Part shown: positions 33,582-49,127 of the stretch, in pieces | How positions within the stretch are numbered: position 1 is the first letter of the stretch | Layout: every line of letters begins with the position of its first letter | NCBI GenBank assembly: GCA_025558095.1 | Contig: JAIVFI010000020.1 | Coordinates: forward strand, 434,001 to 498,000 | Reading direction: 5' to 3' | Source of the DNA: Hyaloraphidium curvatum SAG 235-1 | Lineage: Eukaryota > Fungi > Monoblepharomycota | Length of the DNA stretch: 64,000 nucleotides | Program-made: the position numbers and the translations under genes | The notes under the pieces: generated by a model | What the model was told of the DNA's origin: nothing | Seen by the model: the letters and a program-made list of their open reading frames with translations, nothing else | Database searches by the model: none

Positions 33582-35130
33582 ATGTCGTCGTTCGGGGGCT
33601 TTGGCAAGCTCCTCGCCTCGACGGAGAAGAGCGACAGGGACAGAGCCGTCCGCGCAATAGCCTCCTGGCTGCGGAATCGCTCGGATGTGTCCGAGACGGA
33701 ACTGGCGAAGCTGTGGAAGGGCATCTTTTACTGTAGGCCTCCAAAGCGGCAGGGATCCCCGGTCGGGGCCTCAATAACGGGCTCGGCCGCCTCTTTGCTG
33801 CCGTATAGGCTTCTGGCTGTCGGACAAACCCAAAGTGCAGCAGCAGCTCGCGGATCGGTTGGCCAAGATGGTCCTCGCGGTCCCTCCGCTCATGGGAATC
33901 AAGCTCTTGCGGTCTTTCTGGCTTACCATGATCCGTGAATGGCATGGAATTGATCGTCTTCGGTGTGTGGCCTTTCTTTGGGGCGCGATGACACCGAGTG
34001 ACCCGGCTCCCACGTGTTCCAGGATGGACAAGTTCTACTTCCTGTGCCGGAGGTTCCTCCGGTACGGTTTCCAAATGCTCATCGATCATGAATGGGCGGA
34101 TACCTACGTTGACTCATTTGCCGACACCTTGGACGCTACGCTGATGAAGTATGTCCTTGCTCTTCTGACGCCACACCTGTCGTCTGATCCGGCCCCGCCA
34201 GCGTCAACGACCCCAAAGTGCCCGACGGTCTGCGGTATCACTCTGCCGAAACGTTTTTGGAGGAACTCCGCGAGAGCTTGCTGGCCTCGAAGGCGGCCGA
34301 GAATGTGAGCGGTGTCGAAAGTTTTCACGGCACAAACTGACTCGGGTTTAGGATGGGCCGCGCTCCGTGCCCGCGAAACTTTTTGTCCCCTTCTTCAGAG
34401 CGTGGGGCTCGACATCCAACAAGCAGCTCAGGGACCTGTTAGACTCGGAGATCCTCTCCAAGATCACATCAGCGAGCACAGACGGACTTGGCTTTACAGT
34501 TGATCGGCAGGACCTTGCAGTCCACGTGCGCCAGGTACGGCACGCAAACACGACCCCTTCTAGCGATGGCTGACCTTCGATTGCGACCAGTTGGGGGACG
34601 AGGCGGACGAAAAGGGCCGCAGGCATTTGGCTTCCTACCTTGGGTGGTCGAACAAGGTCTTGGGCGTGGACGGGGCGTCGGCGACGGAGTTGCCTTCGGA
34701 AACCGGCAAGCCAGCAAAAACGAAGAAGCGGAAGCGGACCGCATCGGCTGAAGACGTGCCGGAGAAGGCGGCAAAGGATCCCCAAGCGGCCGAGGAGAAC
34801 CTTGGGACCGGGACGGTCTCAACCGAGAGCGTGGAGAACGTTGCGGGGTTGCTTGTCGAAGCGGACGTTGAGGATGCTTCCGGCAGTGCTGTCGAAACAC
34901 CAGCACGGGAGCGGCCAGCGCGGCCAGCGCCGGCGACCGACTTGCCGCGAAAACGGCGTCTGAGCGACCCCCAAGAGCCGGCCACCAAGAAAGAGAAGCG
35001 CCGTGTGTCTTGGGGGCCCAACGCCACGAGGACGTTCCGCTCCAAAGCGCCGCTCGCGAGCTTCGGCACGGCCGTCGAACCTCTCAAGAACGCCCGCTCC
35101 CCGAAGAAGCCGGTCCTCAGGAAAGGCTAG
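33582..35130 (+). CDS. RRP1: rRNA processing protein Rrp1 (Nop52 domain)
   Basis: LASTEKSDRDRA, KLWKGIFYC.WLSDKP, FWLTMIREWHGIDRLRMDKFY, RRVSWG. Confidence 0.93.
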
Positions 35131-35179
35131 ATGTACGGCGAAAGGGTATAGATTCAGGACAAAGCTTTACGTCGAAACC

Positions 35180-35660
35180 CTAAGTCAGGGGTATCCGCTC
35201 CAGTGCCTCCACCATGATCACCGAGTTGCCTCGGATGACCTGGGATGCGTCGATCAGCCGGGGCGTGCAACCGGAATCGAGCGGACCCACCACCATCCCG
35301 ATCTCTTTCCGCTCCTTCTCGCTGATTTCCTCCACCGACTCGTCCACCACAAGGTTCAGGAACGGGTCGAAGCCTGCCGATTGCGCAGCGACGGGGGTGC
35401 CGAGGTTCAGAAGGCGATGCGCGCTCGCCGAGGCGGCAATCCTACCCCGGAGAATGCCCGTGACCTTTCTGTTGCCGTTGAGCTGGATGAAGACGCGCTT
35501 GTCCATGTACCTTGGAGATGCGCCCGTCAGTTTCCGGCTTCGCGCCCCCTCGGTACCACGCCGCGTCCCGCCGAGCCGACCGCCATCGCTGCTCGCCGAC
35601 ACCGAATCGCCGGTCCAGGAGCACGCACTTTTTCAGCTCCGGCGTCGGAGCCTTGGACAT
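35180..35660 (-). CDS. SNRPG: Spliceosomal Sm protein G
   Basis: MSKAPTPELKK|YMDKRVFIQLNGNRKVTGILRG|FDPFLNLVVDE..IGMVV|IRGNSVIMVEALER. Confidence 0.96.
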
Positions 35661-35803
35661 GGTGGCGGTCGACTTCTTGGTGACGGGCTGAGTCAAAGGA
35701 ATTGCAGTCTAGGTTCGGGTGGGTTTCGGGACCACACACGGGCTTGACTCGATCGAACAGCGGCGGCCTCTCCCCACGCCTCCTCCCGTCCCGCTAGGCC
35801 GAG

Positions 35804-36343
35804 ATGAAGCAGAACCCCGCCGTTTCCTCCTCGCGGAGAAAGTCCCGGAAGGCCCACTTCTCGGCACCTTCGAGCGCGCGCCGGCACATCATGAGCGCGC
35901 CGCTGTCGAAGGAGCTGCGCGAGAAGCACAAAGTAGGCCCGGCCGCGGGTCCGGACGGCGGGCGGGAGCTGAAACCGGGCGTCCAGGTGCGCTCGATGCC
36001 GATTCGGAAGGACGACGAGGTCCAGGTTGTGCGGGGCACGAACAAGGGGCGCGACGGGAAGGTCATCGCGGTGTACCGGCGGAAATGGGTCATTCACGTC
36101 GAGCGGGTCACGAAGGAGAAGACCAACGGGGCGACGGTGCCGCTTCCGCTCGACCCCTCGAAGGTCGTGATCACCAAGGTGGGCGTTCGCCACGGGCCGC
36201 GGCTGGCGTGGGCTGATCCGGCGGCCATCGCACTGCAGCTGAAGCTGGACAAGGACCGCCGGAACCTGCTTTCCCGCAAGGGCCGGACGCCCGCGACCGA
36301 CAAGGACGAGGATGGGGACGACGACATGCCCGCTCTGGAGTGA
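35804..36343 (+). CDS. RPL26: 60S ribosomal protein uL24 (L26)
   Basis: [34 protein letters not shown]; two stop-free introns (~35934-35987 and ~36179-36238). Confidence 0.97.
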   Translation: MKQNPAVSSSRRKSRKAHFSAPSSARRHIMSAPLSKELREKHKVGPAAGPDGGRELKPGVQVRSMPIRKDDEVQVVRGTNKGRDGKVIAVYRRKWVIHVERVTKEKTNGATVPLPLDPSKVVITKVGVRHGPRLAWADPAAIALQLKLDKDRRNLLSRKGRTPATDKDEDGDDDMPALE

Positions 36344-36367
36344 AGGACCCGGGCATCCCTTCAGCAT

Positions 36368-38242
36368 TCAGGCGATACTGTACAGAGCCTCCAATCGGAG
36401 GACAGCAAGCTTAAGCTGGTCAATGAGCATTCCGGGTGCTTGATCGAGGATGTTGCATTCGCGTCCAATGGTCTTTGGGGACGGGTTCAGGTGGTGCTTG
36501 GGGTCGGGCGCCCACGGGCTCACCTTTAGCTGCTCGCGCAAGCCGTCTCTGTCTTCTTCCTCCGTGTTGTCTGACGGCTGGGGCGACAGCTCGATCGTGG
36601 AGGCGCGATCGGGGTAGTCGCACGGCACGGAGAGCTTGAAGAGGGCAGCTGGGAATGGTGGCCGTCAGACAGGAACGACCCCGAGATTTGCAAGCAGTTC
36701 CGACCTGGAAGGAGTGACGCCTTGTTGCCGACCGTCATCTTGAGGGTGAAGACGGTGTCCGAGATCGCGCCTGCGCCCGCAGGCGCGATCTGGAGGGAGG
36801 TTTCTACTGGAAACTCCCCCTCGTCCAGCCGTGTGAGCATGGCTGCCACGTTGTCCCATGCTCGCAAGCGAGCCAATGTCCGGTCGACCACAGCGCCAAA
36901 GGTCGGCGCCGGCGCCGCCCTCGTGCTACCGTCCTCCCCGCCAGAAGCGGCACCACCAATGGGCCGACCAAAGTCCAGGCCCGAGACGGCCTGCGCCCAG
37001 GCATATGCAAATCCACGCGCCCTCGAGCTGGAAAAGATGAATGGCTCGCCGTTCTCCAGCTTGAGGAACAAAGAGGCGGGGTTCGGGCTCTCTGAACCAT
37101 CGTCGGCCTCGAGCAAGTTGTGAAGGATGGTGGAGGAAGGAAACGAGCCCTTGACGGCAATGCTGGAAGAGGTGCTGCATACAATGATGTTCAACTGCGA
37201 CCGCGAATGTCAGCTGTCACGGCAGCAACCCTCAGCCAGCGCGGATGCCCACTTTCGGCAAGAAATGGAACTTCGCGGTGACGGACGCCCCCGAAGATGG
37301 GTTTCGGAACGTGACAACGACGCAAGAGTTCGATCTCCGGTAAAACTCCTCACCGGATTCCTCCTTCCCGTGCCTTCCACGATCCTCGTCCTTTGCCGCG
37401 GCTTCCATTGCAACCGGCCGCACGGCCACTTCGATGGTACCAGGAAAAGCAGCACCGTAGCCTTCCGCCATCCGGAGCAGCACGAAGAGGGGGCCAGGAA
37501 GGCTGAAAGATTGGCTCGAAAGCTGCTGTCCTTCGCCGCTCCCGGTGGGCAGCCCCAGCATCTCCTGCATGCCCCCGGCACTCTGGATGAACTTTTCCAG
37601 AGCCTCATCCACCCGATCGAGATCCTCTCGCCGCTTCTGGTTCCGTTCGGTGACTTCCTTTATCTTTTGAGTCAGCTCTTCCTTCTTCGAGGCCAATCTG
37701 GTTCCGTCGTGTCACCCTACGCCCGGCGTTGCGCCGGCAGAGGCTACCCACTGTTCCCGCTCGTGCATCTCGAATCTCAGCCGGCTCAGCATCAGTTGGT
37801 GCGATGTCGTTGCCCCGTCCAGCAGTTCCGGCGGCGCGCGGGCCCGGAACACGTCCTCCGAGAGCAGCGGGACCTCCTGGAACATTGTCCTGAACTGACA
37901 TGAGCTTCAAAGACCCCCCAGAATGCCAGCATCGACCCACTCCATCTCCTCGCACTGCGCAATCTCCTTCGTCAGATGGAGAGCCTCGTAGCGGTAGTTC
38001 TGCAGCTGCAGGTAGACCTCGTCCATGCTCTGCTTGGCCTCCTGGGCGGACAGCTTTCCCGCGCGATTCGCGATGTAGGCATCGCGGCCGAGGGTCTTTA
38101 GCTCCTGGAGCAGGAGCAGCGCTTCGTTGAGCAGGCGCCCGAGGACGGCCGACTCTCCCGCGCCCGCGAGCTGCTGCTGCAGGATCGACTGCAGCGAGCT
38201 GCACGCGTCATCGATCTCGGAAACATCCGAGGCTAATGCCAT
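36368..38242 (-). CDS. THOC5: THO complex subunit 5 (FMIP)
   Basis: EAKQSMDEVYLQLQNYRYEALHLTKEIAQC, HQLMLSRLRFE..QRE, LPGPLFVL, FAYAWAQAVSGLDF. Confidence 0.88.
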
Positions 38243-38475
38243 CTCCGTCCCGACGCGTCCGAGATCGATTCGGGGCCACGGGAGCTGCGATGGACGCAGC
38301 CGGACTCATCACTCCCCCTCAATCAATCAACCTCGAACTCATTGAGACGGCGGGCCTCCGACGTCATGCAAGTTCTCAAAACCGACCAGTGCCATTCTGA
38401 GCATGGAAGATGTCGGTGAACGGCCAACTATCCTGGGAATCGAGCCATTCTCTCCTAACCCCTCGTACAGGCCCT

Positions 38476-39202
38476 TCACTTCTTCTTCCCAGTGGGTGCC
38501 GCTCCCGGCTTCGGCTTCTTTGCCCCGTACTTTGATCGGGACGTTTTCCGACCTGCGACGCCCTGCAGGTCATATACGCCACGCACGCACTTGTATCGCA
38601 CTCCGACCAAGTCCTTCGCGGCGGCACGCACGTGAGTGAGCCAAAGCAAAGAAGAATCGTGGCCGCCGACCTACCGGAACGCGTCCTCCCCTGACGAGAA
38701 CGACCGAGTGCTCCTGCAGGTTGTGTCCTTCGCCGGGAATGTACGACAGCACGGTCTTGCCCGAGGTCAGCTTCACCCTCGCAACCTTGCGCTGCGCCGA
38801 GTTGGGCTTCTTGGGCTTCATGTTGAAGACTTTGACGCAGACTCCTTTGCGCACCGGAGATCCCTCCAGGGCCGGAGCTTTGGACCTTTTCGTCCTCTTC
38901 TTCCGGCAGCCCTTGATGACCTGCATCAGCGTCACGCCGCGATGCTGCACCACCGAATGTCCGCTGCCTCGCAGCTGGCGAGCCAAATAGGAGGGTTCCG
39001 TCCCGCACCGTGTTTGCAAGGCCGTGCCGAGTCCGATTCGCGGCACTGGGGCGTGAAACGAGATGCGGCGCTCGGCGCCCGCGGCACGCGTCGGCGCCAA
39101 GAGTCGCGGAGCCAGTGGTCCATCAGGGGCGCACCGCATCGCACTTCGACAGAGCGAGCTCGCCGCTCCGCATCTGAGCGGAAAGGACCCGGCGAGCGCC
39201 AT
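38476..39202 (-). CDS. MRPS12: Mitochondrial ribosomal protein uS12m
   Basis: Arg/Ala-rich presequence followed by [38 protein letters not shown] and KYGAKKPK. Confidence 0.95.
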
Positions 39203-39293
39203 CGGAAAGTGCTGATGTTTGCAAGAGCGCGATCGACACGCTCATGAGTCCAGCAGTTTAGCAACACTCCCGGCCGGCCGGCCCCCGGACAGG

Positions 39294-40355
39294 ATGGCCG
39301 CGACGACGCGCAACAAAATCCTCGTTACGGGTCCTTCGGGGTCCTCTTTACCGCTTCAGCTCGTCCGAGGTTGGTCCCGTCGCAAAGATCGCGCTAAATT
39401 TCTAACCGTCGCGTTCCTAAAGCCGTGCTCGGAGCCAGCGGCCAGTCGGACAAGGCCGATGCGCTCGGATCCGCAAGCCTGCAGACGGAGGGAGGCCTCG
39501 TCGTACCGTGGAGCGTGACCACGAAGTACTACAACGCCGTGCTGGACTTTTGGGTGCTCGACGGGACGTGGGACCCGAGCGAGACGGCGTCGGACGGGGA
39601 CGCGGACGGGGAGGACGGGTTGTCCGCGGGGGATTGGGAGGCCGTCGGCTCGGCAATTGACGCCATTGCCGTCGTTCTGGACCGGAAGCAGGTGCGGCGA
39701 TGGAGCGCTGCGATTCTCTGCGAGCTGAATGAAGTTCCCGACAGCCGCCAGGGGACGGCTTCCTGGCCAGCTGGTCTGCATTTGCGGAACGATTCGGACC
39801 TGCCGTGCAGGTGTGCGTGGGATTCAACCACGACGAGGGCGTCGAGGACCCGGCAGATGTCCACGAATGGTGCATCGAGAACGGGTTCGAGTACATTTCC
39901 GTGTCAGGACCCGGAGAGGAAGGGGAGAGCACGGTAGTCGACGCGAATGGTACGGCCGCATCGTCCGTTCGTGTGAAAGGACTCTCATTTCGGCAGCAGA
40001 GACCAGCGGCATCTCGCGGGTAATCGAGGCGCTGCAGGCCCATGCTTGGGAAGTTTCGGGCGCTCCGTCGACGAGCCGGAGGACTGCAGGGACGCTGTTC
40101 GACCGCGAGGATATCGGCGAGCTGCTGGACGTGGACCCGGCTGAGGCCCCGTTTCCTTCGAACGAGGAGATCGATGCCATGCACAACTCCCTTTTCGGAG
40201 GCATCGACGACGACGACGGGTTCGACGCGACAATCAACAAGCTGCAGCGCCTCCGCGACAAAGTCCAGGAGCTTCCGGACCAAGATCGCCATGCGCTCGC
40301 TGCGCAGGTCGGGCTAGCGTTCCTCAAGCAATTCGAGGCCGACTCCAGCTCGTGA
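39294..40355 (+). CDS. AAGAB: Alpha/gamma-adaptin-binding protein p34 (AAGAB/Irc6)
   Basis: WSVTTKYYNA, EWCIENGFEYI, GISRVIEALQAHAW, LRDKVQELPDQDRHALAAQV. Confidence 0.88.
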
Positions 40356-40407
40356 CGTCCGGAACGGGATGACCTGTCTACGTCCATCTATGGGCGACAG
40401 AAGCGAA

Positions 40408-42625
40408 TCATCTGGGCAAACCGCACATCGAGCACTCCTCCGCGTTCCCGGAATTCTCGAACGTGCAGTGCCGGCACTGCCACCTGCTCTTCGCGCCGCC
40501 CGAAGCCCCGCCGGCCCGGCCTCCGCCTCCCGAAGCGGACCCCGCCGCCGGACCAGGCTCCTGCGAAGCCATGATCGTGAGCAGGGTCTGCCAAGAGTCT
40601 GTTTGGACGAGCGCATTGGCCTCCGCCTCGCTGTGGGAAACGGCGACCTTTGCTGCGATCTTCAGGTCGCTCTGGAGCGGCGAAACCGAACGTTAGTTCG
40701 CGGTTGGACCGGCGACGTGGTGTACCTGCCTTTGCCAGGATCCCAAGCGTCCCGAGGTAGACGAGCAGATGGAAGTCCGAGATGGTTTCCGTGAGCTTTC
40801 CCGAGTCCAACTGCTTCTTCACCGCCCCGAGGTCCTGCGTCCCCAGTCCGCCGCGGTTCTCGATCGGGAACGCGTTGCGGGACACGAATGTCGGCGACGG
40901 CGTTTGCGGGAAGCCGTGGGTGAGCTGCAGGGCGCGAGTGAGCCTCTATACAGCGCCGGCCACCGGGCTGCATACCGTAACGAGGAGGTACTCGACAGGG
41001 AAGGCGGGCTTGGCCGGCATCTTGACGACCGCACCGTACTCGTTCTTGAGCTTGTAGAACAGCTCCGGCACGTACTGCGTGCTCGTGGCCTCCTTCACCA
41101 GCATCACCGACGGCTTCGTCGACGCCTCGATGATGCCGTCCCTCTCCATGGCCATGCACACGTTCGAAACCTGGTACGGGAAGATGTCGATCTCCCGCTC
41201 CGTGTTGCCCGTCACCACCGCCGTCACGAATCGGCTCCCGAACGACCCCTCCGAGGCGTACTTGCTCGGCATCGGATGCCGCAGCTGCATCTGCGCGGCA
41301 AAGGTGATCTCCCCCGAGGAGAGGAAGAACGAGTCCGCGTGGCGCTTGACCACCACCGTCCCCTTGCCCGCGCCGTCGTCCTCCAGGTCTGTGTATATCA
41401 TGCCCACCCGCCGCAGCCCGCACGCCGCGGCCATCTCCTCCACTTCCTTCTCCTGGGGATCGGGGAGGACGAGCTGGATCCCGTCCACGGCGCCCTCCTG
41501 CGGCGGCTCGTAGATGGCCGAGACCACGGCCTTGACGCCCAGCGCGACCTCGGAGTAGGCCTCGTAGCGCCCGTACATGTAGCCGAAGCGCTGGAGACCG
41601 GAAGATCGCCAGAAGGAGAGGAGGGTTTCGATGATGGCGGGGGACTCGAACTCGAGGTGGTCAACCTGGCGGAATTCCTTGCAGCGCGCGGGAGCCGGTT
41701 AGACAACATCGACGCGAAGAAGGGGCTGATAATCGCACCTGCTGCTGGAGGGTATAGGCGGACGGCTGGCACTTGGTGCAGATGCCTTCGGGGTATGGGG
41801 GGTGTCCGGTCGGGCAGTTCTTCTTAATCTTGAAGTCCGGGACCTCGAGCGGGGGAACGAAACCCTTGTTGGCGCTCGTCTTGTTCTGGGACATGAGCTG
41901 GCGGAGGTAGGCGTGGAAGGACAGGTGCTTGATCTTGTGCTGCTCGAGGTACCGCGGGTCGTAGGGCTCCAGCGGGCGGCAGTAGTCGCACATGCCCTGC
42001 TCCCCGTGGCGGCAGCTGGCAGATCCCGTCAGCATTCCCGTACAGGACGCTGCAGCGGCCCACGCACAATCGGGGATCCCGGTTCCGCTTGATGAGCCCG
42101 TCCTTCTTCTCCAGCTCCCTGTCGAGCGCGTCCTCCTCCACCGCGGCGGCCCCGGGCAGGCTCGGGTACGTGGACCCGGTGCCTGCGGACGGGGTATCCA
42201 CGACCATGTCATCCCCGTGCTGGCCGTTCTCAGCCGCGCCGTTCTCCGACTTGCTGGGTATCACGAAGATCTGGTCGCCGTGCCTGCCGCGGTCCCCGGT
42301 CAGCAACGCGCCCAGATCCCGGCAGATCCCGCGTGGCACGCACTTGAGGCCCGCCGCGCCGAGCGATCTGCCCTTCTTTGGCGCGAGGGGCGTGCGGCCG
42401 GTTGGGTCGAGCGCAAGCGCGAAGTCGTCCAGCCTGAGCAGATCGCGGACCTGCGCGGGGTCAGCGGGCGCGGCGGGGCGCGGCGTGCGGCGCACCGTGT
42501 CGCGCAGCGCGGCGACGTCCGAGTTCGGGTCGGCGTCGATGCGCTGCTGCCCGCCGGGACTGCGGATTCGCAGGAGCTGAGGGGCGTCAGGCGGGGCGCG
42601 GGCGGGCTCGCGCGCGGCTCACCAT
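40408..42625 (-). CDS. NPL4: Npl4 (Cdc48/p97 adaptor) with C-terminal NZF
   Basis: [58 protein letters not shown]; terminal [18 protein letters not shown]. Confidence 0.96.
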
Positions 42626-42876
42626 CGTGGCGCGGAGATCGCCGCCGCTGTGAATGCTGCTGCGGCGGCGGGTTTCGGGCTTGCGAAACGTCGGGGTTCG
42701 GTGTTCTGGTGAAGGGCCGCCGTTGACCTGGGCCGCCTGCATGTTCGATTGATCACTCCGTCTTTCCGTCTTTGCTGCCCGACTGTGCACCGCCGCAGCG
42801 CCCGCTCTACCCCGGCAACGCTCGCATCGGCCACTGCTCTGCCCGCGGGGCGACGCCCGGGTCGGCCGCTGCAGCG

Positions 42877-45857
<2,981 letters not shown>

Positions 45858-45985
45858 GGTCTGCGAGGCTGCGCGGAAGGTTGGTGGGAAAGGACTGATC
45901 ACTCACGCGGCTAGGGCTAGTTCAACCCCGCAATTTCTGGCGTCCGAAACGCACTCTCAGCTCCTCCGCTCTCGCGTCCGCCACC

Positions 45986-46777
45986 ATGCCCGGTGCTAGC
46001 AGGTGCTTATCGTCTCTGTGGTGCGGGGGAGGGAGGCAGTTGGACGTCGTGGCGTACCCGCGGGCCGTTCCCGCGCGGTGTGGAGGGGGGTTCCCGCGAG
46101 TTCGGAGAGAGGCCATCGCGCGCTGGATGAGCCGGGATGGGCTCGCTGGGGCCCTGATGGGGCCGACAAGCGATGGTGTGCCTTGGGAGGTGCCGTCGGT
46201 TCGCCAGGGGACGGGGATGGGGTCTGTGCGCGCCGGAGGAACCGCGGCGAACGAACCGGACCACCTCGACTTCCAGTGGAACACTGCGACGGATTGGGCT
46301 TCCTGGAACCTCTTTGAAGGACAGCCATCTCATTTTCCCCTTCCTACCCGCTCCTCGGACACAGGCTGTACCAGAAGGGGACGATCCTCGGCTTCAAGCG
46401 GGCGAAGCGGAACCAGACGGACCACACCAGGTGGGCACCGCCCTCGGCGCCTTCGGAACCCCCGTAACCCCTCCCGCGCAGCCTCCTGGAGATCGACGGC
46501 GTCAAGACGCCCCAGGACACCGCCTTTTACCTCGGCAAGCGTGTTGCCTACGTCTACCGGGCAAAGCGCCCCATCAACGGCTCCAAGATCCGCTGCATCT
46601 GGGGCAAGGTCACCCGGGCGCACGGAAACTCGGGCGTGGTGAAGGCAAAGTTCAGGAGCAACCTGCCGTCGCGGAGTATGGGGGCGACGATCCGGGTGGT
46701 GGGTCCTACGATCGTGCGCCAGAGAATCGCGCTCACCCGGCTCTCCGTCGTAGATGCTGTACCCGTCGCGGGTGTGA
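45986..46777 (+). CDS. RPL35A: 60S ribosomal protein eL33 (L35a)
   Basis: MPGASR|[50 protein letters not shown]; ~360-nt first intron. Confidence 0.95.
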
Positions 46778-46959
46778 TGCAGGCTGTAATATACACCATC
46801 TGAACCTGAACGTCAGAGCGGACCTGTGGGTCACCGTTGGGTCCAATGGATGCGGACGCAGTGGGGGCCGGAGACACAAGTGCGAGCTCATTGCTTTTTC
46901 AGTCCGGAAACAGCATGTCCAGACTCCACGTCTAATCTACGCAGAAGCTACGGCGGTCC

Positions 46960-49127
46960 TTACTTGAAGATCTTGCCTGTGGGGGGGCGGGTGTTGGGAA
47001 AACGAAGGCGGCAGCAGAGCAAAGGTCCTACCGTCGGCAAACTTCATGCCCTCGAGATCCCCGTCCCAGGCGATGTAGTCCTCCCAGTTTTTCCGGACCG
47101 CGGGGTCGGTGGTGTCCACCTTCGTGAAGTTGTACGACTCGTAGTCGGGCACGTCCTTGAGGATCTCGGGGACCTCCTGGCCGCGGATGATGAAGTAGCC
47201 GTGGATCTCGTTCTTGCCGTCCTCGCCGAAGACGATAAGGGTTCCGAAGGCTGCATACGGGCTCAGCTACGCTGTCGGAGGAGGATCGCGCGGTAACCCA
47301 CCGTACTTCCGGCAGGCCTCTAGCCGCTGGAAGAAGCCGCCGATCAGGTTCGACGACATGCTGCAGGAGCTCGGTCAGCCAGATTCAACATGGGAAAGCA
47401 AAAGAGACTCACAAGACGCTGCGCAGGGAAATTGCCGCAAGAGGAAGATGAGGATGGACCGTGAGACCTAACGGAAAGGCGAGTTATCGACACAACACCC
47501 ACAGGGTCTGCAAGGACGAGCAATCGTTAGCCCACGCCAAGCGAGTGCAGAGGACATCAACCCACCAGCTCGTCGTTGTACTTGTAGTCGAGGCGCCACA
47601 TCGACCAGCCCTCCTTGTCGAAGTTGTCCCAGAAGTAGTTGACCGCGTCCGGGCGGGTGTTGTTGTTCGAGTAGAAGCGCTTCCAGTTGTCGAGGTTGAA
47701 CGGCCTGCGAGACCAAGTTAGGCCGGCCGGAGAAGTTGGCACCGCCGAGACCCACGAAGGAGGGAGGAGGTCCATGGCGTTGGGCTTCTTCTTCTCCTGC
47801 GGCGCCTCCTCCTCGTCCTCCATGGCGTCATCCTCCTCCTTCTTGGGCTTCTCCTCCTTCTTCTTCTCCTCCTTCGGCTTCTCCTCCTTCTTCTTCTCCT
47901 CCTTGGGCTTCCTGCGAGGGCAACGAGGCGTCAGCACGGCCCAAAACCCTGGAGACCGGCGGGAACCCACTTCTCCTCCTTCTTCGGCGCCTCAACGGCC
48001 GCGGCCTTCTCGGCCAGCGCGGTCTCGCCGACGACGGCAACGACCTCAGGCTGGTTGGCGATGGTGGTGAACCAGCGGTTCACGTTGCCGAAGGGAGCGC
48101 GGGTCTCGGGGTCGAGGACGAGCTTGTACAGGTTCAGGAGGGCGGAGAAGACAGCGATGTCGGCGAGGGTGACGGACTCGCCGACGAGGTAAGTGCTGAA
48201 GAGGGAGTCAGCGTCTGGGACCGAGACACGCCGCCGCCCAACCAACCGCTTGAGAAGGATGGTGTTCAGCACACCAAGGACCCTCTTGACGTCCTCAGTC
48301 GCCTTGGTGACGGCCTACGACGACAATCATGTTAGCAGCTTGATCGAAAGGCACTGTTGGACACGCACCCCCTTGTTCACGGGGATCCAGCCGAGGATGG
48401 GGTACGTCCACGCGGCCTGGGCGGGCACGATCTCCGAGTCGGCAAACGAGACGTACTGCAGAACCTGGGCAGTCTCGGCCTTGTCTTTGCCGAGAAGCTG
48501 CGAGCCCTCCTTCGCGGCCGCGACTGCACGGAGGAGCCAATGATCAGCTCCGAGCTCTCGCAGTCCAACGCCCCGTGTCCACATCCGAGCTTCTGGGTCA
48601 GCGGAAGCATATCCGCAACGGCGCTCTGCGCCACTCAGACAGGGATAACTGATTTGGCTGAGTGTTTCATCCACCCCAGATTCGAAGGGCCACGTTCCAG
48701 TGTCGCGCCGAGAAAGTTTCCACACTCGCGCGCCCGACCCCGTCCATCGGTCCAATCTGCGTACCATAGTAGGCAATCGCGGCGCCCTCGAACAGCTTCA
48801 GGCCGTCGGCACCCTCGAAGGCGGGGATCTGGTGGGACAGGCATCAACTCCTCCACCGCGCCGCTGCGCCGGGCAGGCCCACCTTGCCCAGGGGGAAGCT
48901 CTCCAGGAATCCGGCGCTCTTGATGGCCGACTTCCAGTCATCCGACGCGGTCTCCAGCTCGAGGCCGTTGTACTTGGCCGCGATGAGCGCCGGGTACGCC
49001 CTGCGCGACAAAGTCAGCATTCCTCCGTCCGCGCGGTCCCCATGGGCGACTGCCGTCCGCGCAGGCCGGCAGCGACAAATACGCACCGCACGTTGCCCTC
49101 GTTGACGATCAGCTTGCCCAGGCCCAT
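46960..49127 (-). CDS. TEF4: Translation elongation factor eEF1B-gamma
   Basis: GST-like FPLGK|IPAFEGADG, TYLVGESVTLAD, NVNRWF; C-terminal domain LDNWKRFYSN, YKYNDELTLVFMSSNLIGGFFQRLE, PDYESY. Confidence 0.96.
48592..48680 (-). ncRNA. snR38: Intronic box C/D snoRNA, snR38/SNORD38-like
   Basis: Terminal stem TCTGGG/CCCAGA; box C-like TGGATGA; guide CAGTTATCCCTGT directly before a D' CTGA, complementary to LSU rRNA ACAGGGAUAACUG; box D CTGA before the 3' stem; lies in an unusually long intron of eEF1B-gamma. Confidence 0.9.

Noticed and set aside
35934-36238. Apparent insertions in the RPL26 protein
   Set aside because: Both are stop-free GT-AG introns of 3n length with branch-point-like CTGA; removing them restores canonical uL24.
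38476-39202. Bacterial rpsL or horizontal transfer
   Set aside because: It has a spliceosomal intron and an N-terminal targeting-like extension, so it is nuclear-encoded mitochondrial uS12m.
47830-47910. Short tandem repeat (ttctcctccttc)
   Set aside because: It encodes the normal KPKEEKKKEE linker of eEF1B-gamma.
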